From: Candidatus Heimdallarchaeota archaeon
Lineage (GTDB): Archaea; Asgardarchaeota; Heimdallarchaeia; Heimdallarchaeales; Heimdallarchaeaceae
Reading direction: 5' to 3'
Assembly (NCBI GenBank): GCA_030603365.1
Contig: JAUVXV010000004.1
Location: forward strand, 32,001 to 96,000
DNA length: 64,000 nt
Position numbers and translations under genes: made by a program. Of the stretch, positions 9,058 through 18,856 are shown one piece after another (the first letter of the stretch is position 1; the number at the start of each line of letters is the position of its first letter). The notes under the pieces are model-generated. The model ran no database searches. It was not told the origin of the DNA and was given only the letters and a program-made list of their open reading frames with translations.

Positions 9058-11331
9058 TTGTCAGATGATTCAGGTATTTCTGGAACTCTAGGTCGATTTT
9101 GGAGAAGAATAGTAGACCATTTTGAAGATTATGAATTCAATAGGGAAGTTCTACTTAATAGACTTAGTTTGCTAATTATTCTTACTGCAGGTGTTATGAT
9201 TCGATTATTTTCATTAATGAAGGGATACGATACCCTCATAAAAGCATTTGATCCTTATGTTCAGTTGGTAAGTGCCGAATACATAAGTGAAAATGGATTT
9301 ACTGCATTCATACATTGGTTTAAGGATAATTCATGGTATCCATATGGATTTCAAACAGGGCAAGAACTATATTGGGGTGTTCCAGTTAGTGCTGTAATTA
9401 TCCATGCAATACTAAATTTCTTCTCGATTGGTGTATCTATCCAACAGGTAGCTTACTTTAGCCCAGTAGTTTATGGTCTCTTGACTATTGTTGCCGCATA
9501 TTTCTTGGGAAAAGAAGCTGTAAGTACAAGAACTGGTCTCTTTACGGCTTTCTTTATGGCATTTTCTCCAGCATTTCTATCAAGAAGTACGGCGGGTTTC
9601 TTTGATAATGAATCTATAGGTATTCTATTTACAGTATTAACCTTGTATTTCTTTATAAGAGCAATTAAGCGTGGAGGAACCATCTCTTCATTTCTTGCAG
9701 GTATCAGTTTAGGACTTCTTATTGGAAGTTGGGGCGCATATAGATATGTTTTGGATCTATTACCTCTTGCAGCACTCTTTTTGGTTTTAACAAGAAAACT
9801 AACTTATAGGCTAATCAAAGTATATACAATAACAATAGTAACGGCATTAAGCATCGGTTTTCTAATTCCAAGAGTGGTACAAAATAGATTCTACAATATT
9901 GAAGTTATAATACCCGTTTTGATGATAGGTTTTCTTATTATAGTTGGATTAGTACAAAATCTATCAAAGAATTTAAGCGAAAAGACGTTCAAACAAGTAA
10001 TAATTGTTGGTTCTATAACTGCTTTTATTCTCATCACAATATTTGTAACTATCTTCCTATCATTAGGGATTTTTTCGAATATTGCAGATAAATTCTGGGC
10101 TGTAATTCTACCTGGTAATAGAGCAAGTATCCCGATTATTTCATCAGTTAGTGAGCACCAACCTATGACTTGGGCGGAGCTCTTTAACAGTATTCACATA
10201 ATGATGTTTTTGATGCCTTTAGGTATATACTACTGCTTGAAGAAACCAACAGACGTTAACATCATCATTCTAACCATGGGCATTACTACTATATACTTCT
10301 CTGGTTCAATGGTCAGACTTGTTCTTTTACTAGCACCCTCAGCTTCATTACTAAGTGCAATGGCAATTGATAAACTACTTTACACTTATTCATTGAGCGC
10401 TCATGGTAAGATTGCTTTAACAAAGAGAAAATTGCGTATTACAAAATCTATTGGGAGAGATGAAGCAGTAATGGCATATTTGGTGATATTTGGTTTACTA
10501 ATTACCTTTACATTTCATAGTATAAACCTCGCTGATGACTACTCACAATCTGAAATGGCTCCTGTAATATTCCAAAATGACATTCCAGCTTCTGATTGGC
10601 AAGAAGCATTGATGTGGTTAAGAGAAAATGCTCAAGGTGGAGGAATTGTTGATAATAGTGATCCAGTAGTTTTAAGTTGGTGGGATTATGGTTATTGGAT
10701 TACGAACTATGGGAATGCTACGACACTTGTAGATAACGCGACTACAAACAAAACACAGATTGGAATGGTAGGTACAATGCTAATGTGGAATTTCACAGAG
10801 GCAGTAACAATGATGTATAGGTACAATATCAAATATGTACTAATAAACTCTCAAGCAGGTCTCCCTGGACTTGGATCAGATCTAGGAAAAGCACTATGGT
10901 GTATTAGAATAGCTGAATCAACCGTTCCAAGATATGGCATAGATGAAGATGATTTCTATGGAATTTCTGAAGATGAAAGACAATATCTGTACTATGACCT
11001 ATTCTATTATTCAGTTTTATACAGATTAGCAGCCTATGATAGTATAACTGGTTTCGGTTGGTCTCCAGATTTTACAGGCACCCCAACAAGTACTCAACCT
11101 GGTTTACTAACTTTGGCAGAACAATTTCCAGTTTATGACTTGAAAGGTCCCGATGGTATTACTTATTTCAAAGAAGTTTTCAGAAGCTATGGTTTAGCAA
11201 CAAGCATACAAGATGCTAGAAGATATCCATTAGTAAGGATTTACGAAGTAGTTTATCCTGAGAACATAGAACAATTATCTGCTGAATTAAACTACAATCA
11301 TCCACTTCCTGTGGAAGAAGAGACAGATTAA
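9058..11331 (+). CDS. aglB: Oligosaccharyltransferase AglB/STT3
   Basis: FDPY, DNE, SVSEHQP, WWDYG and DNAT motifs; many TM helices. Confidence 0.96.
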   Translation: MSDDSGISGTLGRFWRRIVDHFEDYEFNREVLLNRLSLLIILTAGVMIRLFSLMKGYDTLIKAFDPYVQLVSAEYISENGFTAFIHWFKDNSWYPYGFQTGQELYWGVPVSAVIIHAILNFFSIGVSIQQVAYFSPVVYGLLTIVAAYFLGKEAVSTRTGLFTAFFMAFSPAFLSRSTAGFFDNESIGILFTVLTLYFFIRAIKRGGTISSFLAGISLGLLIGSWGAYRYVLDLLPLAALFLVLTRKLTYRLIKVYTITIVTALSIGFLIPRVVQNRFYNIEVIIPVLMIGFLIIVGLVQNLSKNLSEKTFKQVIIVGSITAFILITIFVTIFLSLGIFSNIADKFWAVILPGNRASIPIISSVSEHQPMTWAELFNSIHIMMFLMPLGIYYCLKKPTDVNIIILTMGITTIYFSGSMVRLVLLLAPSASLLSAMAIDKLLYTYSLSAHGKIALTKRKLRITKSIGRDEAVMAYLVIFGLLITFTFHSINLADDYSQSEMAPVIFQNDIPASDWQEALMWLRENAQGGGIVDNSDPVVLSWWDYGYWITNYGNATTLVDNATTNKTQIGMVGTMLMWNFTEAVTMMYRYNIKYVLINSQAGLPGLGSDLGKALWCIRIAESTVPRYGIDEDDFYGISEDERQYLYYDLFYYSVLYRLAAYDSITGFGWSPDFTGTPTSTQPGLLTLAEQFPVYDLKGPDGITYFKEVFRSYGLATSIQDARRYPLVRIYEVVYPENIEQLSAELNYNHPLPVEEETD

Positions 11332-11563
11332 CTCTTCTTTTACTTCTATTTTTCACATTATTCAACTATTTATTTTGATATGGTAGATTGCACTTTTTTT
11401 ATACTAAAATTGTGAATGTTACATAAGCAAAATACATGTCAAATTATGGTTCTTGACAAAGACAACAGAACCAAAATGCTTTTAATAATTCAAAGAGGGC
11501 AATTATTAAAGTACATCCAATAAAATAATAGTACTACTAAATCAAAAAAAAGGTGTATAAGAA

Positions 11564-12850
11564 ATGAGCTCAAAAGGAAAACCTCATTTAAATCTAGTAA
11601 TCATTGGTCACGTTGATCATGGTAAATCTACTATGACTGGTCACTTACTCTATGTCTGTGGAAGTATATCTGAAAGAGACATTCAGAAATGGGAAAAAGA
11701 TTCTGAATTAATCGGTCGAGGCAGCTTTAAATTTGCCTGGGCTCTTGATAAACTGAAAGAAGAGAGAGAAAGAGGAGTAACTATTGATCTTGCGTTTTAC
11801 AAATTCCAAACAAAGAAATACTACTTCACAATTATTGATGCTCCAGGGCATCGAGATTTCGTTAAGAACATGATCACTGGTACTTCCCAAGCCGATGCAG
11901 CTATTCTAGTAATTAGTGCTGGTACTGGTGAGTTTGAAGCTGGTATTAGTACAACTGGACAAACAAGAGAACATGCATTACTTGCAAAGACTTTAGGTGT
12001 AGATCAACTAGTAGTAGCTGTAAATAAAATGGATCTTGCTGATTATAAACAAGAACGTTTTGAAGAAATAAAGAACGAAATGGAAAGAAATCTAAAACTC
12101 TTTGGTTTTGATATGGAGAAAAAAGTAATGTTCGTACCAACAAGTGGTATGCAAGGAGATAATCTTAACACCAAACCAGACAAAATGCCTTGGTATACTG
12201 GTCCTACAATCCTTGCAGCTTTGGATACATTCACAGTACCACCAAAACCAAGCGATAAACCATTGAGATTACCTATCCAAGATGTTTATACAATAACTGG
12301 AATTGGAACAGTACCTGTAGGTCGTGTGGAAACTGGTGTTTTAAAACCAAAAGATGAAATCATCTTCCAACCAACAGGAAAGAAAGCTGCAATTATGTCT
12401 ATCGAAATGCATCATGAAGAAATTCCCGAAGCTATTCCTGGAGATAATATTGGTTTTAGCTGCAAAGGTTTAGCAAAAAAAGATGTACGACGTGGAGATG
12501 TTGTTGGTCACGTTGCCAAACCTCCAACCATAGCTAAAGAATTCAATGCTACAGTTCAAGTTATCAGACATCCATCTGCAATAGCTGTCGGCTATACACC
12601 AGTAATACACTGTGGTACAGCACAAGTAGCAACTCGTTTTAGCGAATTGAAAACAAAGGTTGCTAAAGGGAAAAAGATAGATAAACCTGATTTCCTTAAG
12701 AACGGTGATGCTGCAGAAGTAGTTATGATTCCAACTCGTGATATGGTTATTGAATCATATACAGAATTTCCACCACTAGGACGTTTTGCTATTAGAGATA
12801 TGGGTCAAACCGTAGCTGTAGGTATCGTTAAAAAAGTAACACCAAAATAG
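11564..12850 (+). CDS. tuf: Translation elongation factor EF-1alpha
   Basis: GHVDHGKST, ERERGVTID, DAPGHRDF, NKMD, LGRFAIRD. Confidence 0.99.
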   Translation: MSSKGKPHLNLVIIGHVDHGKSTMTGHLLYVCGSISERDIQKWEKDSELIGRGSFKFAWALDKLKEERERGVTIDLAFYKFQTKKYYFTIIDAPGHRDFVKNMITGTSQADAAILVISAGTGEFEAGISTTGQTREHALLAKTLGVDQLVVAVNKMDLADYKQERFEEIKNEMERNLKLFGFDMEKKVMFVPTSGMQGDNLNTKPDKMPWYTGPTILAALDTFTVPPKPSDKPLRLPIQDVYTITGIGTVPVGRVETGVLKPKDEIIFQPTGKKAAIMSIEMHHEEIPEAIPGDNIGFSCKGLAKKDVRRGDVVGHVAKPPTIAKEFNATVQVIRHPSAIAVGYTPVIHCGTAQVATRFSELKTKVAKGKKIDKPDFLKNGDAAEVVMIPTRDMVIESYTEFPPLGRFAIRDMGQTVAVGIVKKVTPK

Positions 12851-12900
12851 TTCTTTTACTATTTTTTCATTTTTTTATTTTTCTTAAATATTTTTCTATA
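12851..12900 (+). terminator. T-rich archaeal terminator region between convergent tuf and ftsY
   Basis: Several oligo-T runs directly after the tuf stop codon. Confidence 0.5.
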
Positions 12901-12937
12901 AATGTAAACAATGATGTTGAGAAAGGAAATCAGAGAA

Positions 12938-13849
12938 TTACTTTTCTGGTACTATATTTTCAACTATTTTTTCAGGTAGAAAAGGTTCTAAATCTTTATA
13001 GTGTTGCCCTACTCCTAAGAAAACTATGGGTTTTTCACTAATATGAGTAACTGAAACAGCAGCACCACCTTTAACATCTGCATCTATTTTATTCAAAATA
13101 CTGCAGTCAATTCCAACTTTTTCATTGAATAGCGTAACCTGTGATATTAAGGCATTCCCAGTTAGAGCATCACCAACAAATATTTTCAAATCTGGTTCGG
13201 AGACAGAACATATCTTTTGCAATTCAGACATAAGGTTTGAACTAGTTTCAATTCGTCCTGCAGTGTCAATCAATACTACATCTATATTCTTTGAAATGGC
13301 ATGGTTAATTGCATCAAATGCTACTGCAGCTGCATCTGAACCATAAGTTTGTGCAATCACTCTGATCTGCAAATCATCCCCATGTTTCTGTAGTTGTTGA
13401 ATGCTTCCTGCTCTGAATGTGTCACCAGCAGCAAAAACGCAAGAAATACCATTATCTTTGAAATACTTCCCTAATTTCGCAATAGAAAGGGTTTTTCCTA
13501 CCCCATTTACTCCAAAGAAGGCAATAACAAATGGTGTTTTCTTCTTCTTTGATTTTTCTATTTCTTTTAAAATATCTATGGGTTCGGCTGGTGTAAGAAC
13601 CTCAAGCATCACTTCTCTCAAAGATTCTAAAACAATAGCTTTTGTATTAGTAAATCTAGTGTGTTCTGTTTTAGAGAGTTTATCTGTTAGTTTTTTGCAT
13701 ATTGTTTCAGCAGTATTTACAGCTACTTCATTTCTAATAAGAACATCTTTTAGCTCTTTAGTTACTTTAGAAATTGATTTTGGAGAAAAATCTGCAATTG
13801 TAATTTTTTTAATTGCTTTTGAGACGCTCTTTCTAAGTTGATCAAACAC
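12938..13849 (-). CDS. ftsY: SRP receptor FtsY
   Basis: GVNGVGKT, DTFRAG, DTAGR, KGGAA, GVGQ. Confidence 0.96.
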   Translation of the reverse strand: MFDQLRKSVSKAIKKITIADFSPKSISKVTKELKDVLIRNEVAVNTAETICKKLTDKLSKTEHTRFTNTKAIVLESLREVMLEVLTPAEPIDILKEIEKSKKKKTPFVIAFFGVNGVGKTLSIAKLGKYFKDNGISCVFAAGDTFRAGSIQQLQKHGDDLQIRVIAQTYGSDAAAVAFDAINHAISKNIDVVLIDTAGRIETSSNLMSELQKICSVSEPDLKIFVGDALTGNALISQVTLFNEKVGIDCSILNKIDADVKGGAAVSVTHISEKPIVFLGVGQHYKDLEPFLPEKIVENIVPEK

Positions 13850-13870
13850 TAGAATACCACGTCTCCTATT

Positions 13871-14308
13871 TTACATAACGGATTTAACAACCCTATCTAT
13901 CTCTCTTAAACGTTCTAGAACTTCATTATAACTAGCTTTGATTTGGGTGAGCTGGTTTTCTACTTCTGCTTTCTTCTTTTTAATACCTTCAATTGCATCA
14001 GGTAAATTACGCTCACTATGAACACCAGCACCTATTGTTACTATTACGTTTTCACCATCTTCAATAGAAGCATAAACAAAATTTCCAGCACCAATAGGAA
14101 CCAATATCTTTTGATTTGTCTTAGATTCTTTAAGATCGCCTAGTGTTTGTTCAGCAGTATAAATTTCGTTATAATAACTATTTAAAAGTTCAATTTGCTG
14201 ATTGTATCTTGTTGCTTGTTGCTCTAATTGCTGAGCTGCAAGCATTAAATTATCTAATTCTTCTTTGGAGACCTTGGGTGGAGTAGAATCTTCAGACAGT
14301 TCTTTCAC
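13871..14308 (-). CDS. pfdA: Prefoldin alpha subunit
   Basis: Coiled coils flanking ILVPIGAG...VTIGAG hairpins; conserved operon position. Confidence 0.93.
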   Translation of the reverse strand: MKELSEDSTPPKVSKEELDNLMLAAQQLEQQATRYNQQIELLNSYYNEIYTAEQTLGDLKESKTNQKILVPIGAGNFVYASIEDGENVIVTIGAGVHSERNLPDAIEGIKKKKAEVENQLTQIKASYNEVLERLREIDRVVKSVM

Positions 14309-14574
14309 TTCCTCTTTGGGATGGCTAAATCGTCTTCAACTGCAAAAGTCTTTACAACAGAATCTTTAATCTCTTCAGGATCTGTAATCTCTCGAATATC
14401 CTTTGGATTTATATTAATCATGTTTCTTTTTACCTTGTGTTTACTTCCAAGAGTATCATAGATGTATTCTAGAGCATCTTTTTCGTTTACTGCTCTAACA
14501 TATTTCCCAAAAGGTATTTTTCGTTTTCTCACTTGAAATTCTCCGCGAATATGAAATGTTTTGACAGAGGTCAT
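14305..14574 (-). CDS. rpl18a: Ribosomal protein L18a/LX (eL20)
   Basis: YDTLGSKHKVKR motif; operon context. Confidence 0.9.
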   Translation of the reverse strand: MTSVKTFHIRGEFQVRKRKIPFGKYVRAVNEKDALEYIYDTLGSKHKVKRNMININPKDIREITDPEEIKDSVVKTFAVEDDLAIPKRK

Positions 14575-14643
14575 TTAGTATTCACCACTTACTGCAATTT
14601 GCTGATTGTAAAAGGGTTTTTCAACTTTTTGAATCTAAAGTCA

Positions 14644-15318
14644 TTAATGTGAGAGTAAAATCTCAAAAATTCTCATACTTTCTGGACCTGTACTATCGCT
14701 GCCAATAACAGCACCATTAGAATTGGCAAGTATTCCCACACGAGGATAGGGTATTCCCCTATTAATTGTACAAACATCAGTTTTAACTTTAAAAATTGAA
14801 GATATTTCATTGATTTCTTCTTCTGACAGAAGAGGATGTACAAGAGCTCCTCTATTTGTACTCATAACAATGCTTCCTACGAGAGGAGATCCTAGTAAAT
14901 TACCTACAGTAACTTCAAAATTCAAGGCATCACGTATTTGCTTCTGAGCATTCTTTTCAAACATATCACTGATAATTGCTCCCTTGTCATTAAGAACCAT
15001 AAGATTCCCTAATGCTGTGAATTTGCTGTTTAGCTCTATAATTTCAACTTCTTCTCCCAATGAATCGTGTATAGTTTTTAGCTCTTTTTCACCTATGTTA
15101 GGAGGTAAAAAGAGTGTGTTTGAGTTACCAGCTGACAATGTTCCAACAAGAACTGAATTTGAAATGGTAGTTTTGATAACTTTAACCTTCAGTGTTTCTA
15201 CTAATGTATTTACAGAAATATCCTTTACTCCGAAAGGAACAACAGAGTATTTTTCTGTTGACAATGCAAAAACACCCAAACCTGAATTACCTAAAATGGT
15301 GGTCTTTGCAATATCCAA
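14644..15318 (-). CDS. eif6: Translation initiation factor 6 (aIF6)
   Basis: Repeated GN/GS-LVG units, TINRG, NSNGAVIG..TGPE; start moved to TTG at 15318 after GAGG SD. Confidence 0.93.
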   Translation of the reverse strand: MDIAKTTILGNSGLGVFALSTEKYSVVPFGVKDISVNTLVETLKVKVIKTTISNSVLVGTLSAGNSNTLFLPPNIGEKELKTIHDSLGEEVEIIELNSKFTALGNLMVLNDKGAIISDMFEKNAQKQIRDALNFEVTVGNLLGSPLVGSIVMSTNRGALVHPLLSEEEINEISSIFKVKTDVCTINRGIPYPRVGILANSNGAVIGSDSTGPESMRIFEILLSH

Positions 15319-15358
15319 AATTATCAGCCTCGAAAAATAATTGATAAGAGAAACAGAT

Positions 15359-15796
15359 CTATTCTTTCTGTTCCTCTTCTGTAGATGAATCTTCAGTTGG
15401 TTCTGGTTGCTCTTCAACAACTGTAGTCTCTTCATCTTCCTCTTCTTCTTCTTCGTCCTCTTCTTCCAATTCACCAGGAATGGTGATACCTTCTAATTCA
15501 GGACGAGCAGCAGCTTCAACTTCTTCATGAATTAATTCTACAGTAGCAATTGTTTCCTCATCAATTGTTTCAACAATTGCTCGAACTTTGACTTTTCTTG
15601 GAGGTTTTCTTATTCCTCTTTTCCACATGAATTCATTTAATTCTTCATCAATTATAACAAAATCAACTTTTGTATGCTTATGAATGAATTGTTTGAGAAG
15701 CCTAATAGCTTTTGGTGTTCTTTTATAAGGTGCTGTTTCATTTAGTTGAGGATAAAACGGAATAGTGTAAATGTTCTCTATAGCTTCTTGAGACAT
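15359..15796 (-). CDS. rpl31e: Ribosomal protein L31e with acidic C-terminal extension
   Basis: YTIP...KRTPKAI...LNEFMWKRGIRKPPRKVKV. Confidence 0.93.
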   Translation of the reverse strand: MSQEAIENIYTIPFYPQLNETAPYKRTPKAIRLLKQFIHKHTKVDFVIIDEELNEFMWKRGIRKPPRKVKVRAIVETIDEETIATVELIHEEVEAAARPELEGITIPGELEEEDEEEEEEDEETTVVEEQPEPTEDSSTEEEQKE

Positions 15797-15810
15797 TATT
15801 TTTCATCTCC

Positions 15811-15966
15811 TTATCTTTTAATTCTACTAGCCCGCCATCTTCTACGTTTAGGATGTGTTCTGAAACGACGGTTTGTTCTAATAACACACCAACTAGGAAC
15901 GGGGCTATTCTTTCGACCTTCTTTTGCGTATCTTAATTTTCTTGGTAGGTTTTTATATCTCGCCAT
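15811..15966 (-). CDS. rpl39e: Ribosomal protein L39e (51 aa, absent from ORF track)
   Basis: Hand translation MARYKNLPRKLRYAKEGRKNSPVPSWCVIRTNRRFRTHPKRRRWRASRIKR; start overlaps the PDCD5 stop. Confidence 0.93.
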   Translation of the reverse strand: MARYKNLPRKLRYAKEGRKNSPVPSWCVIRTNRRFRTHPKRRRWRASRIKR

Positions 15967-16304
15967 TATAATCGCCTTATATCGACTTTAGTTTCACGCT
16001 TTTGTCCCTGGATTTTACGGAGTATATCTTTCAACTGAGCATCAGTTAATTTTTCAGACAATGACCCTTGTTGAGCAAGCTGTATTAAACGAACTTCAAC
16101 AGATTCTGCGAGTTGAGGACGTACTAATTTTATATTCGCTAGTCTTTGCCTTGCTTCTTCTGTCAAGATTTGACGAAGTATGGTTTGCTTTTGAGCCTCA
16201 AGGGTTGCTCTTTCCTCCTCTTGAGCTTCTTGAGCAGCTTGTTGCTGTTGCATTTCAGCAAGTTTTCTTTGCCTTATTAAGTCCAATTCTTCATCATTAT
16301 ACAT
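15966..16304 (-). CDS. PDCD5-like DNA-binding protein
   Basis: ILRQILTEEARQRLANIKLVRP...LIQLAQQG. Confidence 0.92.
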   Translation of the reverse strand: MYNDEELDLIRQRKLAEMQQQQAAQEAQEEERATLEAQKQTILRQILTEEARQRLANIKLVRPQLAESVEVRLIQLAQQGSLSEKLTDAQLKDILRKIQGQKRETKVDIRRL

Positions 16305-16363
16305 CTTTTTTCACATCCTTCTAATAGAGAGTGTTCTGCATTTAATTCATTATTTGCAGTTCC

Positions 16364-16837
16364 TTAATATCTTTCTAAGGATGGGATTTGTTTTTTGATT
16401 TCAGCAGATAACTTGTCAATGAATGAATGCCCTTTAGGAGTTATAACACGTCCTACTATTACACGTCCTTTACTTCCATGACCACTCTTTTTCTGAATGT
16501 AATTAGCTTTTTCCAATTGCTGCAGAATACGTCTGATAACTGCACCACTGCCTTTAGCAAAGTGTTCAGGTTTAACACCTCGTCTATTGCGACCACCATA
16601 AGCTATGCGAAGTTTTGCAACACCAACTGGTCCATAAAGGTAAATTTTGCGTAGCATAGAGGCGGCCCTAATATACCACCAGTCTTCTTGAACTGGAGAA
16701 CTTTCTTTATGTACTCCTGTTTTAGCAAAAATTGCCCACTCTGGTGCTTTGATTTCTGTTTCTTTTTTCAATTCTTCAGTAATTCGATTTATTAGTAAAT
16801 CCGCTGGAACATCGTAAGCTGTTGGCATAACTTTCAC
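16364..16837 (-). CDS. rps19e: Ribosomal protein S19e
   Basis: KTGVHKE..P..DWWYIRAAS..RKIY, YGGR..RG. Confidence 0.96.
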   Translation of the reverse strand: MKVMPTAYDVPADLLINRITEELKKETEIKAPEWAIFAKTGVHKESSPVQEDWWYIRAASMLRKIYLYGPVGVAKLRIAYGGRNRRGVKPEHFAKGSGAVIRRILQQLEKANYIQKKSGHGSKGRVIVGRVITPKGHSFIDKLSAEIKKQIPSLERY

Positions 16838-17077
16838 TCTTCTTAAATATACCGTAAGAGAGAGCTCTTTCGTATTTTTTCAGTCTCTGGGGAACAAACC
16901 TCGTTTAAAAAGATTACTTTGCAAGTTATATGAATCAACAATTTTCAACAGCCAAATCCTTTCTTTAAACCAAGAAAAAGCAGTACTAAAGGGGAACTAT
17001 TAAATTTAAAAGGACAAAGAAACAATTAAAAACAAGGCGTCGTAAACGAATATATCTCAAAGAAGGCGGAAACAAAA

Positions 17078-17278
17078 TTGAGTGAAACGAATACAACTAC
17101 AAAAAGGAAAAGGAAGATGTTCTTTAATTCCATTGACGATCTATTCATACTTTTTGGTATTATTCTTAATGGTTTTAGTTCAGTTGTTACTTTAACCTAT
17201 GGTCATGTGATTGCAGGTATAATACTCATTACATGCGAAATTCTCCTTATTGGAGCTTATATTATGAAGTTATTTTGA
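17078..17278 (+). CDS. Small hypothetical membrane protein
   Basis: Basic N-terminus plus two hydrophobic segments; fills the intergenic gap. Confidence 0.5.
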   Translation: MSETNTTTKRKRKMFFNSIDDLFILFGIILNGFSSVVTLTYGHVIAGIILITCEILLIGAYIMKLF

Positions 17279-17283
17279 AAAAA

Positions 17284-17991
17284 TTACTCTTCATCTTCGG
17301 TGGATGAAAACCTATCAACAATATATTGTCCAAGAATATCAAAAGCTGTGTCTATATTTGATCCTGTTTTAGCGGAAGTTTCCAAAAAGAAATTTTCTAT
17401 TGAAAGTTCCTTTGTTTTTTTGTTAAGTTCTTTTACAAATTCTTCTGCTTCTTCTCTAGTTACCTCTTGTTCATCTACAAGATCCATTTTATTAGCTAAG
17501 ATAATCACAGGAACAACCCCTCTTCCACTGAATTGGTACAATTCTTCAATCCAGTTACTCAAATTGAGAAATGTTTCTCTACGAGTAATGTCAAAAACTG
17601 CTAAGGAACCAAAACATCCCTTGAAAAATCTTGGTCGGACATTTTTAAACATTGGTTGTCCTGCTAAATCCCATATTTGATATTTGATTTGGAAGTCACC
17701 AACGTCCTTAGTGATGGCAGCAAAATCAGCACCTAAAGTAGTCAAATGTTCTTTTTCAAAACCCTTTCCCAAATATCTCTGCCTGATAGAGGTTTTCCCA
17801 ACAGCAGCATCTCCACAAAGAACTAGTTTTATCATATAAGCATTGGTAGCTCGCCTCTTAGATCCCTCTTCAGCAACTATTGTTTTTACAGACTTAGTTT
17901 CTTTGTGCTTGTTTATGTTCTCTTTGAACATAATAGGACCTTTACCAGATTCTTTATCAGATTTATCTGAAGCTTGCTTCTTCTTAGCCAT
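17284..17991 (-). CDS. Rab-like small GTPase (Ras superfamily)
   Basis: GDAAVGKTS, TLGADF, IWDLAGQ, NKMD, ETSAK. Confidence 0.93.
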   Translation of the reverse strand: MAKKKQASDKSDKESGKGPIMFKENINKHKETKSVKTIVAEEGSKRRATNAYMIKLVLCGDAAVGKTSIRQRYLGKGFEKEHLTTLGADFAAITKDVGDFQIKYQIWDLAGQPMFKNVRPRFFKGCFGSLAVFDITRRETFLNLSNWIEELYQFSGRGVVPVIILANKMDLVDEQEVTREEAEEFVKELNKKTKELSIENFFLETSAKTGSNIDTAFDILGQYIVDRFSSTEDEE

Positions 17992-18050
17992 GCTATCTGA
18001 TAAGTAGTAAAATTGAATATATAAAAATATGTGGTATGGCTATAAGGGTT

Positions 18051-18797
18051 TCATTCATTTCTAGACGTATGCTGGTGGATTATTTTGTAGTTTTTAGCCA
18101 GTTTTCCAAGTTTTTCAGCCTCAGGAATGGACAGATGAAAGGGAGTTTTCTTTTCTTTATACGTTCCTTCAATTAGTGCATAATCCACATCTGTGATATG
18201 TTTTTTGAGATCTTCAAAATACCCAGTATCTCCAGTGTAAAGAATTCGTTCACCTTTTTTTTCAATTATATAACCTACTGAAGGAATGTTAGGGAGTTTC
18301 TTACCTCCAACAATTGAACCACGATGTTGAACCGGGAATGCTGAAATAGTTATATTTTTGATATGTATTTTTTCAATAATTTCATTCAATTTAATTTCAT
18401 AAGGTATAGAATTTGAGTAACTTTCCTGAAAAGTTCTTACAATGCCCTCTATCTCTATTACTTTTGGTGGATAGATTAGCAATAGTTTCTTGTTTCGGTT
18501 TATCATTCTTAAGAAACCTAGAAATGAAAATAGCCCTCCAATATGATCAAAATGACCATGTGTGCATAATATGGCGTGAATATTCTCATAGTATTTCTCG
18601 GGAAGAGAGACAAGATCACGGAGAATTCCGTCTCCTATATCGATAAGAAAACATAATTCTTCTTCAATATCATAAACAAGAATTTGTGTAGCTATACCTG
18701 CTTTTGAATAAAGTACTTTCACGTAAAGATAATCACCTTTCCAATCCCAAAGATCCTTCTGTAGAGAATTCATGATTGAACTAATAAGTAAAAACAA
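18051..18797 (-). CDS. Metallo-beta-lactamase fold hydrolase, RNase Z-like
   Basis: THGHFDH, YTGDT, IEGT, HLS motifs. Confidence 0.8.
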   Translation of the reverse strand: MFLLISSIMNSLQKDLWDWKGDYLYVKVLYSKAGIATQILVYDIEEELCFLIDIGDGILRDLVSLPEKYYENIHAILCTHGHFDHIGGLFSFLGFLRMINRNKKLLLIYPPKVIEIEGIVRTFQESYSNSIPYEIKLNEIIEKIHIKNITISAFPVQHRGSIVGGKKLPNIPSVGYIIEKKGERILYTGDTGYFEDLKKHITDVDYALIEGTYKEKKTPFHLSIPEAEKLGKLAKNYKIIHQHTSRNE

Positions 18798-18856
18798 ATA
18801 TCTCTTTCGATACCTCTGCCGATATACTTTTACTTCGAAGTGTTATAACCTAACTA

